A stretch of DNA of 64,000 nt from NCBI RefSeq assembly GCF_024502345.1, contig NZ_JALDNN010000001.1; one strand, 5' to 3'. Under the pieces are notes generated by a model. It had not been told where the DNA came from, ran no database searches, and saw only the letters and a program-made list of their open reading frames with translations. Positions 47,285 to 62,391 of this stretch are shown here, in pieces. Within the stretch, counting starts at the first letter, position 1, and every line of letters begins with the position of its first letter. The position numbers and the translations under genes are program-made. The DNA comes from Escherichia coli (GTDB taxonomy: Bacteria; Pseudomonadota; Gammaproteobacteria; Enterobacterales; Enterobacteriaceae).

Positions 47285-47812
47285 TTGAGCACGACTAACC
47301 ATGATCACCACATTTACGTCTTGATGGGCGTATCGGGCAGCGGCAAATCTGCGGTCGCCAGTGAAGTGGCGCATCAACTTCATGCCGCGTTTCTTGATGG
47401 CGATTTCCTCCATCCACGGCGCAATATCGAAAAAATGGCGTCTGGCGAACCGCTGAATGATGACGATCGCAAACCGTGGCTGCAGGCGCTGAACGACGCC
47501 GCGTTTGCTATGCAGCGCACCAATAAAGTGTCGCTGATCGTCTGTTCTGCACTGAAAAAGCACTATCGCGACTTGCTGCGTGAAGGTAATCCGAATCTCT
47601 CTTTCATCTACCTGAAAGGCGATTTTGATGTGATTGAAAGTCGCTTGAAAGCGCGCAAAGGCCATTTCTTTAAAACCCAAATGTTGGTGACGCAGTTTGA
47701 AACGCTGCAGGAGCCGGGTGCGGACGAAACCGATGTGCTGGTGGTGGATATCGATCAACCGCTGGAAGGTGTTGTGGCAAGCACCATTGAGGTTATTAAA
47801 AAAGGCAAATAA
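47285..47812 (+). CDS. gntK: Thermoresistant gluconokinase GntK
   Basis: Track ORF starts at 47264; start chosen at the TTG at 47285 (LSTTNHDHH... read as M) giving 175 aa; P-loop GVSGSGKS. Confidence 0.88.
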   Translation: MSTTNHDHHIYVLMGVSGSGKSAVASEVAHQLHAAFLDGDFLHPRRNIEKMASGEPLNDDDRKPWLQALNDAAFAMQRTNKVSLIVCSALKKHYRDLLREGNPNLSFIYLKGDFDVIESRLKARKGHFFKTQMLVTQFETLQEPGADETDVLVVDIDQPLEGVVASTIEVIKKGK

Positions 47813-47815
47813 GTA

Positions 47816-49156
47816 GTGACTACATTAACGCTTGTTTTAACAGCAGTAGGGTCTGTTTTACTGCTGCTGTTTTTAGTCATGAAGGCGCGTATGCACGCTT
47901 TCCTGGCTTTGATGGTGGTGTCCATGGGGGCTGGCCTTTTTTCCGGTATGCCGCTCGATAAAATCGCAGCGACGATGGAAAAAGGGATGGGAGGCACCCT
48001 CGGCTTCCTGGCGGTGGTTGTCGCCCTGGGAGCTATGTTTGGCAAGATCTTACATGAAACCGGCGCAGTCGATCAGATTGCCGTCAAAATGCTCAAATCC
48101 TTCGGTCACAGCCGCGCGCATTATGCCATCGGCCTTGCGGGGTTGGTCTGTGCGCTACCGCTGTTCTTTGAAGTGGCGATAGTTCTGCTGATTAGCGTTG
48201 CTTTCTCAATGGCGCGCCACACCGGTACGAACCTGGTGAAGCTGGTAATCCCATTATTCGCAGGCGTGGCGGCAGCGGCGGCGTTCCTGGTGCCAGGGCC
48301 AGCGCCAATGCTGCTGGCATCGCAGATGAACGCCGATTTTGGCTGGATGATCCTGATTGGCCTGTGTGCGGCAATTCCGGGAATGATTATTGCCGGGCCG
48401 CTGTGGGGTAATTTCATCAGCCGCTACGTGGAGTTGCATATTCCTGACGACATCAGCGAACCGCATCTCGGCGAAGGCAAAATGCCATCTTTCGGATTCA
48501 GCCTGTCGCTGATCCTGTTGCCGCTGGTGCTGGTGGGGCTGAAAACCATTGCCGCGCGTTTTGTGCCAGAAGGCTCTACCGCTTACGAATGGTTCGAGTT
48601 TATTGGTCATCCGTTTACCGCGATTCTGGTTGCTTGTCTGGTAGCGATTTATGGCCTGGCAATGCGTCAGGGCATGCCAAAAGACAAAGTGATGGAGATT
48701 TGCGGTCACGCGCTGCAACCGGCGGGGATCATTCTGCTGGTGATTGGTGCAGGCGGCGTGTTCAAACAGGTGCTGGTTGACTCTGGCGTAGGTCCGGCAC
48801 TGGGCGAAGCGTTAACTGGCATGGGCCTGCCGATTGCTATCACCTGCTTCGTGCTGGCAGCTGCAGTGCGCATCATTCAGGGTTCTGCCACCGTAGCCTG
48901 TTTAACGGCGGTAGGACTGGTGATGCCGGTTATTGAACAACTGAACTACTCCGGTGCGCAAATGGCGGCGCTGTCGATTTGTATCGCTGGTGGTTCGATT
49001 GTTGTCAGCCACGTTAACGACGCCGGTTTCTGGTTGTTCGGTAAATTTACCGGCGCGACCGAAGCCGAAACGCTGAAAACCTGGACCATGATGGAAACCA
49101 TCCTCGGCACTGTCGGTGCCATCGTTGGGATGATTGCGTTCCAGCTGTTGAGTTAA
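47816..49156 (+). CDS. gntU: Low-affinity gluconate transporter GntU
   Basis: 446 aa GntP-family membrane protein; GTG start 3 bp after the gntK stop. Confidence 0.92.
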   Translation: MTTLTLVLTAVGSVLLLLFLVMKARMHAFLALMVVSMGAGLFSGMPLDKIAATMEKGMGGTLGFLAVVVALGAMFGKILHETGAVDQIAVKMLKSFGHSRAHYAIGLAGLVCALPLFFEVAIVLLISVAFSMARHTGTNLVKLVIPLFAGVAAAAAFLVPGPAPMLLASQMNADFGWMILIGLCAAIPGMIIAGPLWGNFISRYVELHIPDDISEPHLGEGKMPSFGFSLSLILLPLVLVGLKTIAARFVPEGSTAYEWFEFIGHPFTAILVACLVAIYGLAMRQGMPKDKVMEICGHALQPAGIILLVIGAGGVFKQVLVDSGVGPALGEALTGMGLPIAITCFVLAAAVRIIQGSATVACLTAVGLVMPVIEQLNYSGAQMAALSICIAGGSIVVSHVNDAGFWLFGKFTGATEAETLKTWTMMETILGTVGAIVGMIAFQLLS

Positions 49157-49165
49157 GTTTGTTCG

Positions 49166-49196
49166 CCCGGTAGTTGTGACACTACCGGGTTCTTTT
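49166..49196. terminator. Rho-independent terminator between convergent gntU and yhgN
   Basis: CCCGGTAG-ttgtgaca-CTACCGGG stem-loop followed by TTCTTTT. Confidence 0.75.
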
Positions 49197-49212
49197 CGAA
49201 AAACTCTCCTCG

Positions 49213-49806
49213 TTACCCCTTCATCCACATTCGAATGCCGTCGAGGAACATCTGGGTTGCCATCATCACCAGAATCAATCCCATCAGGCGTTCAAGTGCG
49301 TTCACCCCTTTCTCGCCCAGCAGACGTAAAAATAGCGAAGACTGTAGCAGGATGACAAAGGTGCCGCCCCAGGCCAGCAGCAGAGCAATCACCAGATGTC
49401 CCATCTGATTCGGGTACTGATGAGACAACAACATCAGCGTGGCGAGAATAGTCGGCCCGGCGACTAACGGAATTGCCAACGGCACGATAAATGGCTCTTC
49501 ACCTGCCGGAAGCCCGCTGCTATTTCCTGAAGCGCTGGGGAAAATCATCTTAATGGCGATTAGAAACAGAATGATGCCGCCAGAAATGGAGACGGTTTCT
49601 GCTCGCAGGCTGAGAAATGCCAGAATTTTCTCACCCGCAAACAGGAACACCAGCATCACCAGGAGAGCAATAAGCAACTCTCGCACCATGATTGCCCGCC
49701 GTCTTTTCGGTTCAGTATGTTTCAGTACGGACATGAAAATAGGCAGGTTTCCGAGCGGATCCATAATCAGGATCAATAAAACTGCTGCAGAAATGATTTC
49801 ATTCAT
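49213..49806 (-). CDS. yhgN: MarC-family inner-membrane protein YhgN
   Basis: 197 aa hydrophobic protein; matches K-12 YhgN. Confidence 0.9.
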   Translation of the reverse strand: MNEIISAAVLLILIMDPLGNLPIFMSVLKHTEPKRRRAIMVRELLIALLVMLVFLFAGEKILAFLSLRAETVSISGGIILFLIAIKMIFPSASGNSSGLPAGEEPFIVPLAIPLVAGPTILATLMLLSHQYPNQMGHLVIALLLAWGGTFVILLQSSLFLRLLGEKGVNALERLMGLILVMMATQMFLDGIRMWMKG

Positions 49807-49997
49807 AACTCAAATTCCCTGATAATTGCCGCGGACTTTCTGCGTGCTAACAAAGCAGGATAAGTCGCATTACTGATGGCTTCGCTATCATTGATTAATT
49901 TCACTTGCGACTTTGGCTGCTTTTTGTATGGTGAAAGATGTGCCAAGAGGAGACCGGCACATTTATACAGCACACATCTTTGCAGGAAAAAACGCTT

Positions 49998-51101
49998 ATG
50001 AAAAATGTTGGTTTTATCGGCTGGCGCGGTATGGTCGGCTCCGTTCTCATGCAACGCATGGTTGAAGAGCGCGACTTCGACGCCATTCGCCCTGTCTTCT
50101 TTTCTACTTCTCAGCTTGGCCAGGCTGCGCCGTCTTTTGGCGGAACCACTGGCACACTTCAGGATGCCTTTGATCTGGAGGCGCTAAAGGCCCTCGATAT
50201 CATTGTGACCTGTCAGGGCGGCGATTATACCAACGAAATCTATCCAAAGCTTCGTGAAAGCGGATGGCAAGGTTACTGGATTGACGCAGCATCGTCTCTG
50301 CGCATGAAAGATGACGCCATCATCATTCTTGACCCCGTCAATCAGGACGTCATTACCGACGGATTAAATAATGGCATCAGGACTTTTGTTGGCGGTAACT
50401 GTACCGTAAGCCTGATGTTGATGTCGTTGGGTGGTTTATTCGCCAATGATCTTGTTGATTGGGTGTCCGTTGCAACCTACCAGGCCGCTTCCGGCGGTGG
50501 TGCGCGACATATGCGTGAGTTATTAACCCAGATGGGCCATCTGTATGGCCATGTGGCAGATGAACTCGCGACCCCGTCCTCTGCTATTCTCGATATCGAA
50601 CGCAAAGTCACAACCTTAACCCGTAGCGGTGAGCTGCCGGTGGATAACTTTGGCGTGCCGCTGGCGGGTAGCCTGATTCCGTGGATCGACAAACAGCTCG
50701 ATAACGGTCAGAGCCGCGAAGAGTGGAAAGGGCAGGCGGAAACCAACAAGATCCTCAACACATCTTCCGTAATTCCGGTAGATGGTTTATGTGTGCGTGT
50801 CGGGGCATTGCGCTGCCACAGCCAGGCATTCACTATTAAATTGAAAAAAGATGTGTCTATTCCGACCGTGGAAGAACTGCTGGCTGCGCACAATCCGTGG
50901 GCGAAAGTCGTTCCGAACGATCGGGAAATCACTATGCGTGAGCTAACCCCAGCTGCCGTTACCGGCACGCTGACCACGCCGGTAGGCCGCCTGCGTAAGC
51001 TGAATATGGGACCAGAGTTCCTGTCAGCCTTTACAGTGGGCGACCAGCTGCTGTGGGGGGCCGCGGAGCCGCTGCGTCGGATGCTTCGTCAACTGGCGTA
51101 A
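49998..51101 (+). CDS. asd: Aspartate-semialdehyde dehydrogenase
   Basis: Track ORF starts at 49938; ATG at 49998 ([14 protein letters not shown]...) gives 367 aa. Confidence 0.95.
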
Positions 51102-51373
51102 TCTTTATTCATTAAATCTGGGGCGCGATGCCGCCCCTGTTAGTGCGTAATACAGGAGTAAGCGCAGATGTTTCATGATTTACCGGGAGTTAAATAGAGC
51201 ATTGGCTATTCTTTAAGGGTGGCTGAATACATGAGTATTCACAGCCTTACCTGAAGTGAGGACGACGCAGAGAGGATGCACAGAGTGCTGCGCCGTTCAG
51301 GTCAAAAAAATGTCACAACCAGAAGTCAAAAATCCAATTGGATGGGGTGACACAATAAAACAGGAAGACAAGC

Positions 51374-53560
51374 ATGTCCGATCGTATCGATAGAGACGTG
51401 ATTAACGCGCTAATTGCAGGCCATTTTGCGGATCCTTTTTCCGTACTGGGAATGCATAAAACCACCGCGGGACTGGAAGTCCGTGCCCTTTTACCCGACG
51501 CTACCGATGTGTGGGTGATTGAACCGAAAACCGGGCGCAAACTCGCAAAACTGGAGTGTCTCGACTCACGGGGATTCTTTAGCGGCGTCATTCCGCGACG
51601 TAAGAATTTTTTCCGCTATCAGTTGGCTGTTGTCTGGCATGGTCAGCAAAACCTGATTGATGATCCTTACCGTTTTGGTCCGCTAATCCAGGAAATGGAT
51701 GCCTGGCTATTATCTGAAGGTACTCACCTGCGCCCGTATGAAACCTTAGGCGCGCATGCAGATACTATGGATGGCGTCACAGGTACGCGTTTCTCTGTCT
51801 GGGCTCCAAACGCCCGTCGGGTCTCGGTGGTTGGGCAATTCAACTACTGGGACGGTCGCCGTCACCCGATGCGCCTGCGTAAAGAGAGCGGCATCTGGGA
51901 ACTGTTTATCCCTGGGGCGCATAACGGTCAGCTCTATAAATACGAGATCATTGATGCCAATGGCAACTTGCGTCTGAAGTCCGACCCTTATGCCTTCGAA
52001 GCGCAAATGCGCCCGGAAACCGCGTCTCTTATTTGCGGGCTGCCGGAAAAGGTTGTACAGACTGAAGAGCGCAAAAAAGCGAATCAGTTTGATGCGCCAA
52101 TCTCTATTTATGAAGTTCACCTGGGTTCCTGGCGTCGCCACACCGACAACAATTTCTGGTTGAGCTACCGCGAGCTGGCCGATCAACTGGTGCCTTATGC
52201 TAAATGGATGGGCTTTACCCACCTCGAACTACTGCCCATTAACGAGCATCCCTTCGATGGCAGTTGGGGTTATCAGCCAACCGGCCTGTATGCACCAACC
52301 CGCCGTTTTGGTACTCGCGACGACTTCCGTTATTTCATTGATGCCGCACACGCAGCTGGTCTGAACGTGATTCTCGACTGGGTGCCAGGCCACTTCCCGA
52401 CTGATGACTTTGCGCTTGCCGAATTTGATGGCACGAACTTGTATGAACACAGCGATCCGCGTGAAGGCTATCATCAGGACTGGAACACGCTGATCTACAA
52501 CTATGGTCGCCGTGAAGTCAGTAACTTCCTCGTCGGTAACGCGCTTTACTGGATTGAACGTTTTGGTATTGATGCGCTGCGCGTCGATGCGGTGGCGTCA
52601 ATGATTTATCGCGACTACAGCCGTAAAGAGGGGGAGTGGATCCCGAACGAATTTGGCGGGCGCGAGAATCTTGAAGCGATTGAATTCTTGCGTAATACCA
52701 ACCGTATTCTTGGTGAGCAGGTTTCCGGTGCGGTGACAATGGCTGAGGAGTCTACCGATTTCCCTGGCGTTTCTCGTCCGCAGGATATGGGCGGTCTGGG
52801 CTTCTGGTACAAGTGGAACCTCGGCTGGATGCATGACACCCTGGACTACATGAAGCTCGACCCGGTTTATCGTCAGTATCATCACGATAAACTGACCTTC
52901 GGGATTCTCTACAACTACACTGAAAACTTCGTCCTGCCGTTGTCGCATGATGAAGTGGTCCACGGTAAAAAATCGATTCTCGACCGCATGCCGGGCGACG
53001 CATGGCAGAAATTCGCGAACCTGCGCGCCTACTATGGCTGGATGTGGGCATTCCCGGGCAAGAAACTGCTGTTCATGGGGAACGAATTTGCCCAGGGCCG
53101 CGAGTGGAACCATGACGCCAGCCTCGACTGGCATCTGTTGGAAGGCGGCGATAACTGGCACCACGGTGTCCAGCGTCTGGTGCGCGATCTGAACCTCACC
53201 TACCGCCACCATAAAGCGATGCATGAACTGGATTTTGACCCGTACGGCTTTGAATGGCTGGTGGTGGATGACAAAGAACGCTCGGTGCTGATCTTTGTGC
53301 GTCGCGATAAAGAGGGTAACGAAATCATCGTTGCCAGTAACTTTACGCCGGTGCCGCGTCATGATTATCGCTTCGGCATTAATCAGCCAGGCAAATGGCG
53401 TGAGATCCTCAATACCGATTCCATGCACTATCACGGCAGTAATGCAGGTAATGGCGGCACGGTACACAGTGATGAGATTGCCAGCCACGGTCGTCAGCAT
53501 TCACTAAGCCTGACACTACCACCGCTGGCCACTATCTGGCTGGTTCGGGAGGCAGAATGA
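51374..53560 (+). CDS. glgB: 1,4-alpha-glucan branching enzyme GlgB
   Basis: 728 aa; GH13 catalytic motifs; first gene of the glg cluster. Confidence 0.96.
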   Translation: MSDRIDRDVINALIAGHFADPFSVLGMHKTTAGLEVRALLPDATDVWVIEPKTGRKLAKLECLDSRGFFSGVIPRRKNFFRYQLAVVWHGQQNLIDDPYRFGPLIQEMDAWLLSEGTHLRPYETLGAHADTMDGVTGTRFSVWAPNARRVSVVGQFNYWDGRRHPMRLRKESGIWELFIPGAHNGQLYKYEIIDANGNLRLKSDPYAFEAQMRPETASLICGLPEKVVQTEERKKANQFDAPISIYEVHLGSWRRHTDNNFWLSYRELADQLVPYAKWMGFTHLELLPINEHPFDGSWGYQPTGLYAPTRRFGTRDDFRYFIDAAHAAGLNVILDWVPGHFPTDDFALAEFDGTNLYEHSDPREGYHQDWNTLIYNYGRREVSNFLVGNALYWIERFGIDALRVDAVASMIYRDYSRKEGEWIPNEFGGRENLEAIEFLRNTNRILGEQVSGAVTMAEESTDFPGVSRPQDMGGLGFWYKWNLGWMHDTLDYMKLDPVYRQYHHDKLTFGILYNYTENFVLPLSHDEVVHGKKSILDRMPGDAWQKFANLRAYYGWMWAFPGKKLLFMGNEFAQGREWNHDASLDWHLLEGGDNWHHGVQRLVRDLNLTYRHHKAMHELDFDPYGFEWLVVDDKERSVLIFVRRDKEGNEIIVASNFTPVPRHDYRFGINQPGKWREILNTDSMHYHGSNAGNGGTVHSDEIASHGRQHSLSLTLPPLATIWLVREAE

Positions 53561-55530
53561 CACAACTCGCCATTGGCAAACCCGCTCCCCTCGGCGCGCA
53601 TTACGACGGTCAGGGCGTCAACTTCACACTTTTCTCCGCTCATGCCGAGCGGGTAGAGCTGTGTGTCTTTGACGCTAATGGCCAGGAACATCGCTATGAC
53701 TTGCCAGGGCACAGTGGCGACATTTGGCATGGTTATCTGCCGGATGCGCGCCCGGGTTTGCGTTATGGTTATCGCGTTCATGGCCCCTGGCAACCTGCCG
53801 AGGGGCATCGCTTTAACCCGGCGAAGTTGTTGATTGATCCTTGCGCGCGGCAAATTGACGGGGAGTTTAAAGATAACCCGCTGCTGCACGCCGGTCATAA
53901 TGAACCTGACTATCGCGACAACGCCGCCATTGCGCCGAAATGCGTAGTGGTGGTTGATCACTATGACTGGGAAGATGATGCCCCGCCGCGCACGCCGTGG
54001 GGCAGCACCATCATTTATGAAGCCCATGTCAAAGGATTAACGTACCTGCACCCGGAGATCCCGGTCGAGATCCGTGGCACTTATAAAGCCCTCGGGCATC
54101 CGGTGATGATCAACTATTTGAAACAGTTGGGCATTACCGCGCTGGAACTGCTGCCAGTGGCGCAGTTTGCCAGTGAACCACGTCTGCAACGCATGGGGCT
54201 AAGTAACTACTGGGGTTACAACCCGGTGGCGATGTTTGCGCTGCATCCGGCGTATGCCTGCTCGCCAGAAACGGCGCTGCATGAGTTTCGCGATGCAATC
54301 AAAGCACTGCATAAAGCGGGTATCGAAGTCATTCTTGATATCGTGCTCAACCATAGTGCGGAACTGGACCTCGACGGCCCGTTATTCTCGCTGCGTGGGA
54401 TCGACAACCGTAGCTATTATTGGATAAGAGAAGACGGCGATTATCACAACTGGACCGGTTGTGGCAACACGCTCAATTTGAGTCACCCGGCGGTGGTGGA
54501 TTATGCCAGCGCCTGCCTGCGTTATTGGGTAGAAACCTGCCACGTCGATGGTTTCCGCTTTGATCTGGCGGCAGTCATGGGCCGTACGCCAGAGTTCCGT
54601 CAGGATGCGCCGTTGTTTACCGCTATCCAGAACTGCCCGGTGCTCTCGCAGGTGAAGTTAATTGCTGAACCGTGGGATATCGCTCCTGGTGGTTATCAGG
54701 TGGGAAATTTCCCGCCGCTGTTTGCCGAGTGGAACGATCATTTCCGCGATGCTGCCCGTCGTTTCTGGCTGCATTATGATTTGCCTCTGGGGGCGTTTGC
54801 CGGGCGTTTTGCTGCCTCCAGCGATGTTTTTAAACGTAATGGTCGTCTGCCGAGTGCCGCGATTAATCTCGTCACCGCACATGACGGTTTTACGCTTCGC
54901 GACTGCGTTTGCTTCAACCATAAACACAATGAAGCAAACGGAGAAGAAAATCGCGACGGGACCAACAACAATTACAGTAACAATCATGGTAAAGAAGGGT
55001 TAGGCGGTACTCTTGATCTGGTTGAACGGCGGCGCGACAGCATTCATGCCCTGTTAACAACGTTGTTGCTCTCCCAGGGCACGCCGATGTTACTGGCCGG
55101 TGACGAACATGGTCACAGCCAGCATGGCAATAACAATGCCTACTGTCAGGATAACCAATTAACCTGGTTGGACTGGTCGCAGGCAAGCAGTGGTTTAACC
55201 GCATTTACCGCCGCGTTAATCCATCTGCGCAAGCGTATTCCCGCTTTGGTGGAGAATCGCTGGTGGGAAGAAGGCGACGGCAATGTCCGTTGGCTAAATC
55301 GATATGCTCAACCTTTAAGCACGGATGAGTGGCAAAACGGGCCGAAACAGCTGCAAATTCTGCTCTCGGATCGCTTTTTGATCGCAATTAACGCCACGCT
55401 TGAGGTAACAGAGATTGTTTTACCTGCTGGGGAGTGGCACGCCATTCCCCCATTCGCTGGAGAGGATAACCCAGTGATTACGGCTGTCTGGCAGGGACCT
55501 GCACACGGATTGTGTGTGTTCCAGAGATGA
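53557..55530 (+). CDS. glgX: Glycogen debranching enzyme GlgX
   Basis: 657 aa; GH13; 4-bp overlap with glgB. Confidence 0.96.
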
Positions 55531-55547
55531 TAAAAAAGGAGTTAGTC

Positions 55548-56843
55548 ATGGTTAGTTTAGAGAAGAACGATCACTTAATGTTGGCGCGCCAGCTGCCATT
55601 GAAATCTGTTGCCCTGATACTGGCGGGAGGACGTGGTACCCGCCTGAAGGATTTAACCAATAAGCGAGCAAAACCGGCCGTACACTTCGGCGGTAAGTTC
55701 CGCATTATCGACTTTGCGCTGTCTAACTGCATCAACTCCGGGATCCGTCGTATGGGCGTGATCACCCAGTACCAGTCCCACACTCTGGTGCAGCACATTC
55801 AGCGCGGCTGGTCATTCTTTAATGAAGAAATGAACGAGTTTGTCGATCTGCTGCCAGCGCAGCAGAGAATGAAAGGGGAAAACTGGTATCGCGGCACCGC
55901 AGATGCGGTCACCCAAAACCTCGATATTATCCGCCGTTATAAAGCGGAATACGTGGTGATCCTGGCGGGCGACCATATCTACAAGCAAGATTACTCGCGT
56001 ATGCTTATCGATCACGTCGAAAAAGGCGCACGTTGCACCGTTGCTTGTATGCCAGTACCGATTGAAGAAGCCTCCGCATTTGGCGTTATGGCGGTTGATG
56101 AGAACGATAAAATTATCGAATTCGTTGAAAAACCTGCTAACCCACCGTCAATGCCGAACGATCCGAGCAAATCTCTGGCGAGTATGGGTATCTACGTCTT
56201 TGACGCCGACTATCTGTATGAACTGCTGGAAGAAGACGATCGTGATGAGAACTCCAGCCACGACTTTGGCAAAGATTTGATTCCCAAGATCACCGAAGCC
56301 GGTCTGGCCTATGCGCACCCGTTCCCGCTCTCTTGCGTACAATCCGACCCGGATGCCGAGCCGTACTGGCGCGATGTGGGTACGCTGGAAGCTTACTGGA
56401 AAGCGAACCTCGATCTGGCCTCTGTGGTGCCGGAACTGGATATGTACGATCGCAATTGGCCAATTCGCACCTACAATGAATCATTACCGCCAGCGAAATT
56501 CGTGCAGGATCGCTCCGGTAGCCACGGGATGACCCTTAACTCACTGGTATCCGGCGGCTGTGTGATCTCCGGTTCGGTGGTGGTGCAGTCCGTTCTGTTC
56601 TCGCGCGTTCGCGTGAATTCATTCTGCAACATTGATTCCGCCGTATTGTTACCGGAAGTATGGGTAGGTCGCTCGTGCCGTCTGCGCCGCTGCGTCATCG
56701 ATCGTGCTTGTGTTATTCCGGAAGGCATGGTGATTGGTGAAAACGCAGAGGAAGATGCACGTCGTTTCTATCGTTCAGAAGAAGGCATCGTGCTGGTAAC
56801 GCGCGAAATGCTACGGAAGTTAGGGCATAAACAGGAGCGATAA
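55548..56843 (+). CDS. glgC: Glucose-1-phosphate adenylyltransferase GlgC
   Basis: Track ORF starts at 55512; ATG at 55548 ([11 protein letters not shown]...) gives 431 aa. Confidence 0.95.
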
Positions 56844-58276
56844 TGCAGGTTTTACATGTATGTTCAGAGATGTTCCCGCTGCTTAAAACCGGCGGTCTGG
56901 CTGATGTTATTGGGGCATTACCCGCAGCACAAATCGCAGACGGCGTTGACGCTCGCGTACTGTTGCCTGCATTTCCCGATATTCGCCGTGGCGTGACCGA
57001 TGTGCAGGTAGTATCCCGTCGTGATACCTTCGCCGGACATATCACGCTGTTGTTCGGTCATTACAACGGGGTTGGCATATACCTGATTGACGCGCCGCAT
57101 CTCTATGATCGTCCGGGAAGCCCGTATCACGATACCAACTTATTTGCCTATACCGACAACGTATTGCGTTTTGCGCTGCTGGGGTGGGTTGGGGCAGAAA
57201 TGGCCAGCGGGCTTGACCCATTCTGGCGTCCTGATGTGGTGCATGCGCACGACTGGCATGCAGGCCTTGCGCCTGCGTATCTGGCGGCGCGCGGGCGTCC
57301 GGCGAAGTCGGTGTTTACTGTGCACAACTTGGCCTATCAAGGCATGTTTTATGCACATCACATGAATGACATCCAATTGCCATGGTCATTCTTTAATATT
57401 CATGGGCTGGAATTCAACGGACAAATCTCTTTCCTGAAGGCCGGTCTGTACTATGCCGATCACATTACGGCGGTCAGTCCAACCTACGCTCGCGAGATCA
57501 CCGAACCGCAGTTTGCCTACGGTATGGAAGGTCTGTTGCAACAGCGTCACCGTGAAGGGCGTCTTTCCGGCGTACTGAACGGCGTGGACGAGAAAATCTG
57601 GAGTCCAGAGACGGACTTACTGTTGGCCTCGCGTTACACCCGCGATACGTTGGAAGATAAAGCGGAAAATAAGCGCCAGTTACAAATCGCAATGGGGCTT
57701 AAGGTTGACGATAAAGTGCCGCTTTTTGCAGTGGTGAGCCGTCTGACCAGCCAGAAAGGTCTCGACCTGGTGCTGGAAGCCTTACCGGGTCTTCTGGAGC
57801 AGGGCGGGCAGCTGGCGCTACTCGGCGCGGGTGATCCGGTGCTGCAGGAAGGTTTCCTTGCGGCGGCAGCGGAATACCCCGGCCAGGTGGGCGTTCAGAT
57901 TGGCTATCACGAAGCATTTTCGCATCGCATTATGGGCGGCGCGGACGTCATTCTGGTGCCCAGCCGTTTTGAACCGTGCGGCTTAACGCAACTTTATGGA
58001 TTGAAGTACGGTACGCTGCCGTTAGTGCGGCGCACCGGTGGGCTTGCTGATACGGTTTCTGACTGTTCTCTTGAGAACCTTGCAGATGGCGTCGCCAGTG
58101 GGTTTGTCTTTGAAGATAGTAATGCCTGGTCGCTGTTACGGGCTATTCGACGTGCTTTTGTACTGTGGTCCCGTCCTTCACTGTGGCGGTTTGTGCAACG
58201 TCAGGCTATGGCAATGGATTTTAGCTGGCAGGTCGCGGCGAAGTCGTACCGTGAGCTTTACTATCGCTTGAAATAG
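56843..58276 (+). CDS. glgA: Glycogen synthase GlgA
   Basis: 477 aa; start overlaps the glgC stop (TAATG); KTGGL motif. Confidence 0.96.
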   Translation: MQVLHVCSEMFPLLKTGGLADVIGALPAAQIADGVDARVLLPAFPDIRRGVTDVQVVSRRDTFAGHITLLFGHYNGVGIYLIDAPHLYDRPGSPYHDTNLFAYTDNVLRFALLGWVGAEMASGLDPFWRPDVVHAHDWHAGLAPAYLAARGRPAKSVFTVHNLAYQGMFYAHHMNDIQLPWSFFNIHGLEFNGQISFLKAGLYYADHITAVSPTYAREITEPQFAYGMEGLLQQRHREGRLSGVLNGVDEKIWSPETDLLLASRYTRDTLEDKAENKRQLQIAMGLKVDDKVPLFAVVSRLTSQKGLDLVLEALPGLLEQGGQLALLGAGDPVLQEGFLAAAAEYPGQVGVQIGYHEAFSHRIMGGADVILVPSRFEPCGLTQLYGLKYGTLPLVRRTGGLADTVSDCSLENLADGVASGFVFEDSNAWSLLRAIRRAFVLWSRPSLWRFVQRQAMAMDFSWQVAAKSYRELYYRLK

Positions 58277-60742
<2,466 letters not shown>

Positions 60743-60758
60743 GTTCACCAATAAATAG

Positions 60759-60790
60759 AACGGGGCCAAAGGGTCCCGTTTTTTTCCGCC
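60759..60790 (+). terminator. Rho-independent terminator of the glg operon
   Basis: AACGGGGCC-aaa-GGGTCCCGTT stem-loop followed by TTTTTTT. Confidence 0.75.
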
Positions 60791-60858
60791 ATCATTTCGG
60801 AAAAGTGTCCAGAAGGGGCAAGGGGACTCGGGGAGTATAATTTCACCATTCAAAAAGA

Positions 60859-62376
60859 ATGGAAAGAATAATGCAAAACAGAAAATGGATTTTGTCCTCG
60901 CTGGTAATGACTTTTTTCGGCATCCCCATACTGACGCAATTTTTGGCGGCGGTTGTTGCTATGCTGGGTGTCGGACTTGCCGGTATTATTGAAGTTTGTA
61001 ATATCCTTATCACGCCAACAAGTTACCTTCTGCTCAACATTTTTATGCTGGCGCTGGGCGCATTAATGCTATTTTTCTCGGGGCGAGTATGGGCAGGCGA
61101 TAGTGCACCAGAAAAAAGAGAAATAGCCGTCTGGCGACAATGTCTTTTTTTAGTACCCGGTTTATTAATCCTGGTTGGCTGGATAATCGCGCTGCATCTG
61201 GCAGATTATCAATTTCACCAGATGGGATCGGGTTGGTTGGCTGATCTTATGCTCCCCTGGCTGGGCGTTTTGTTAGTCTCAGTAGTCGGAGGTGAGTACT
61301 GGTGGATAGTCATTATACCCGTTGGCGCGCATATCAGTTTTTCGCTGGGGTACGGCCGGCCAACCAGACATCCTTTAACCGGTACATCCGGGCTACGTTG
61401 CCGTAATTCCCTCCTGTTTATCCTTCTCATGCTTGGTTTTGTCGCTGGTTATCAGGGTTATTTATATAAACAGCTCAATCCCGGCGTCGGTGTGCGCGAA
61501 AATATTGATACCTGGGCCTGGCGACCCGATAAACTCAATAATCAACTGACACCACTGCGTGGTAAACCGCAAATTCAGTTTACGCAAAACTGGCCGCGAC
61601 TCGATGGTGCTACGGCGGCGTACCCAATTTATGCCTCTGCATTTTATGCTTTAAGCGTTATACCGGAAGATTTTCACACCAGGGAATATCTGGAGAGCTC
61701 TCGTACCCCCGATGCGTATAACAGGATTGTTAAAGGTGATGCTGATAGTATTTTTGTGGCGCAACCTTCCGGTGGGCAGAAAAAACGCGCTGAGGAATCG
61801 GGCGTTACTTTGCTGTACACGCCTTTTGCCCGTGAAGCGTTTGTTTTCATCGTCAATGCGGATAATCCGGTTAATTCCCTGACTGAACAACAGGTGCGTG
61901 ACATCTTCAGTGGTGCAATTACCAACTGGCGTACTGTTGGCGGTAACGATCAGGAGATCCAGACCTGGCAACGCCCGGAAGACTCTGGTAGCCAGACGGT
62001 GATGCAATCCCAGGTCATGAAAAATGTCCGCATGATCTCGCCGCAGGAAACAGAAGTGGCAAGTATGATGGAGGGAATGATTAAAGTCGTTGCCGAATAC
62101 CGTAATACAAACAACTCAATAGGTTACACCTTCCGTTATTACGCAACACAAATGAACGCCGATAAAAATATAAAACTGCTAGCGATTAACGGTATTGCAC
62201 CGACTGCCGAAAACATTCGCAACGGCAAATATCCCTATATCGTCGATGCCTTTATGGTAACGCGGGAAAATACGATGTCAGAGACACAAAAATTGTTGGA
62301 GTGGTTTTTAACGCCGCAGGGACAGAGTTTGGTGGAAGATGTAGGTTATGTCCCGATGTATAAGACGCTACCTTAA
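60859..62376 (+). CDS. Membrane-anchored PstS-like (PBP_like_2) substrate-binding protein; likely the intact form of the gene that survives in K-12 as the yzgL remnant
   Basis: 505 aa; about 190 aa of N-terminal TM segments, then a C-terminal phosphate-binding-protein-like domain (NSLTEQQVRDIFSGAITNWRTVGG, RPEDSGSQ). Confidence 0.7.
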   Translation: MERIMQNRKWILSSLVMTFFGIPILTQFLAAVVAMLGVGLAGIIEVCNILITPTSYLLLNIFMLALGALMLFFSGRVWAGDSAPEKREIAVWRQCLFLVPGLLILVGWIIALHLADYQFHQMGSGWLADLMLPWLGVLLVSVVGGEYWWIVIIPVGAHISFSLGYGRPTRHPLTGTSGLRCRNSLLFILLMLGFVAGYQGYLYKQLNPGVGVRENIDTWAWRPDKLNNQLTPLRGKPQIQFTQNWPRLDGATAAYPIYASAFYALSVIPEDFHTREYLESSRTPDAYNRIVKGDADSIFVAQPSGGQKKRAEESGVTLLYTPFAREAFVFIVNADNPVNSLTEQQVRDIFSGAITNWRTVGGNDQEIQTWQRPEDSGSQTVMQSQVMKNVRMISPQETEVASMMEGMIKVVAEYRNTNNSIGYTFRYYATQMNADKNIKLLAINGIAPTAENIRNGKYPYIVDAFMVTRENTMSETQKLLEWFLTPQGQSLVEDVGYVPMYKTLP

Positions 62377-62391
62377 AGCTGGATAATAAAA

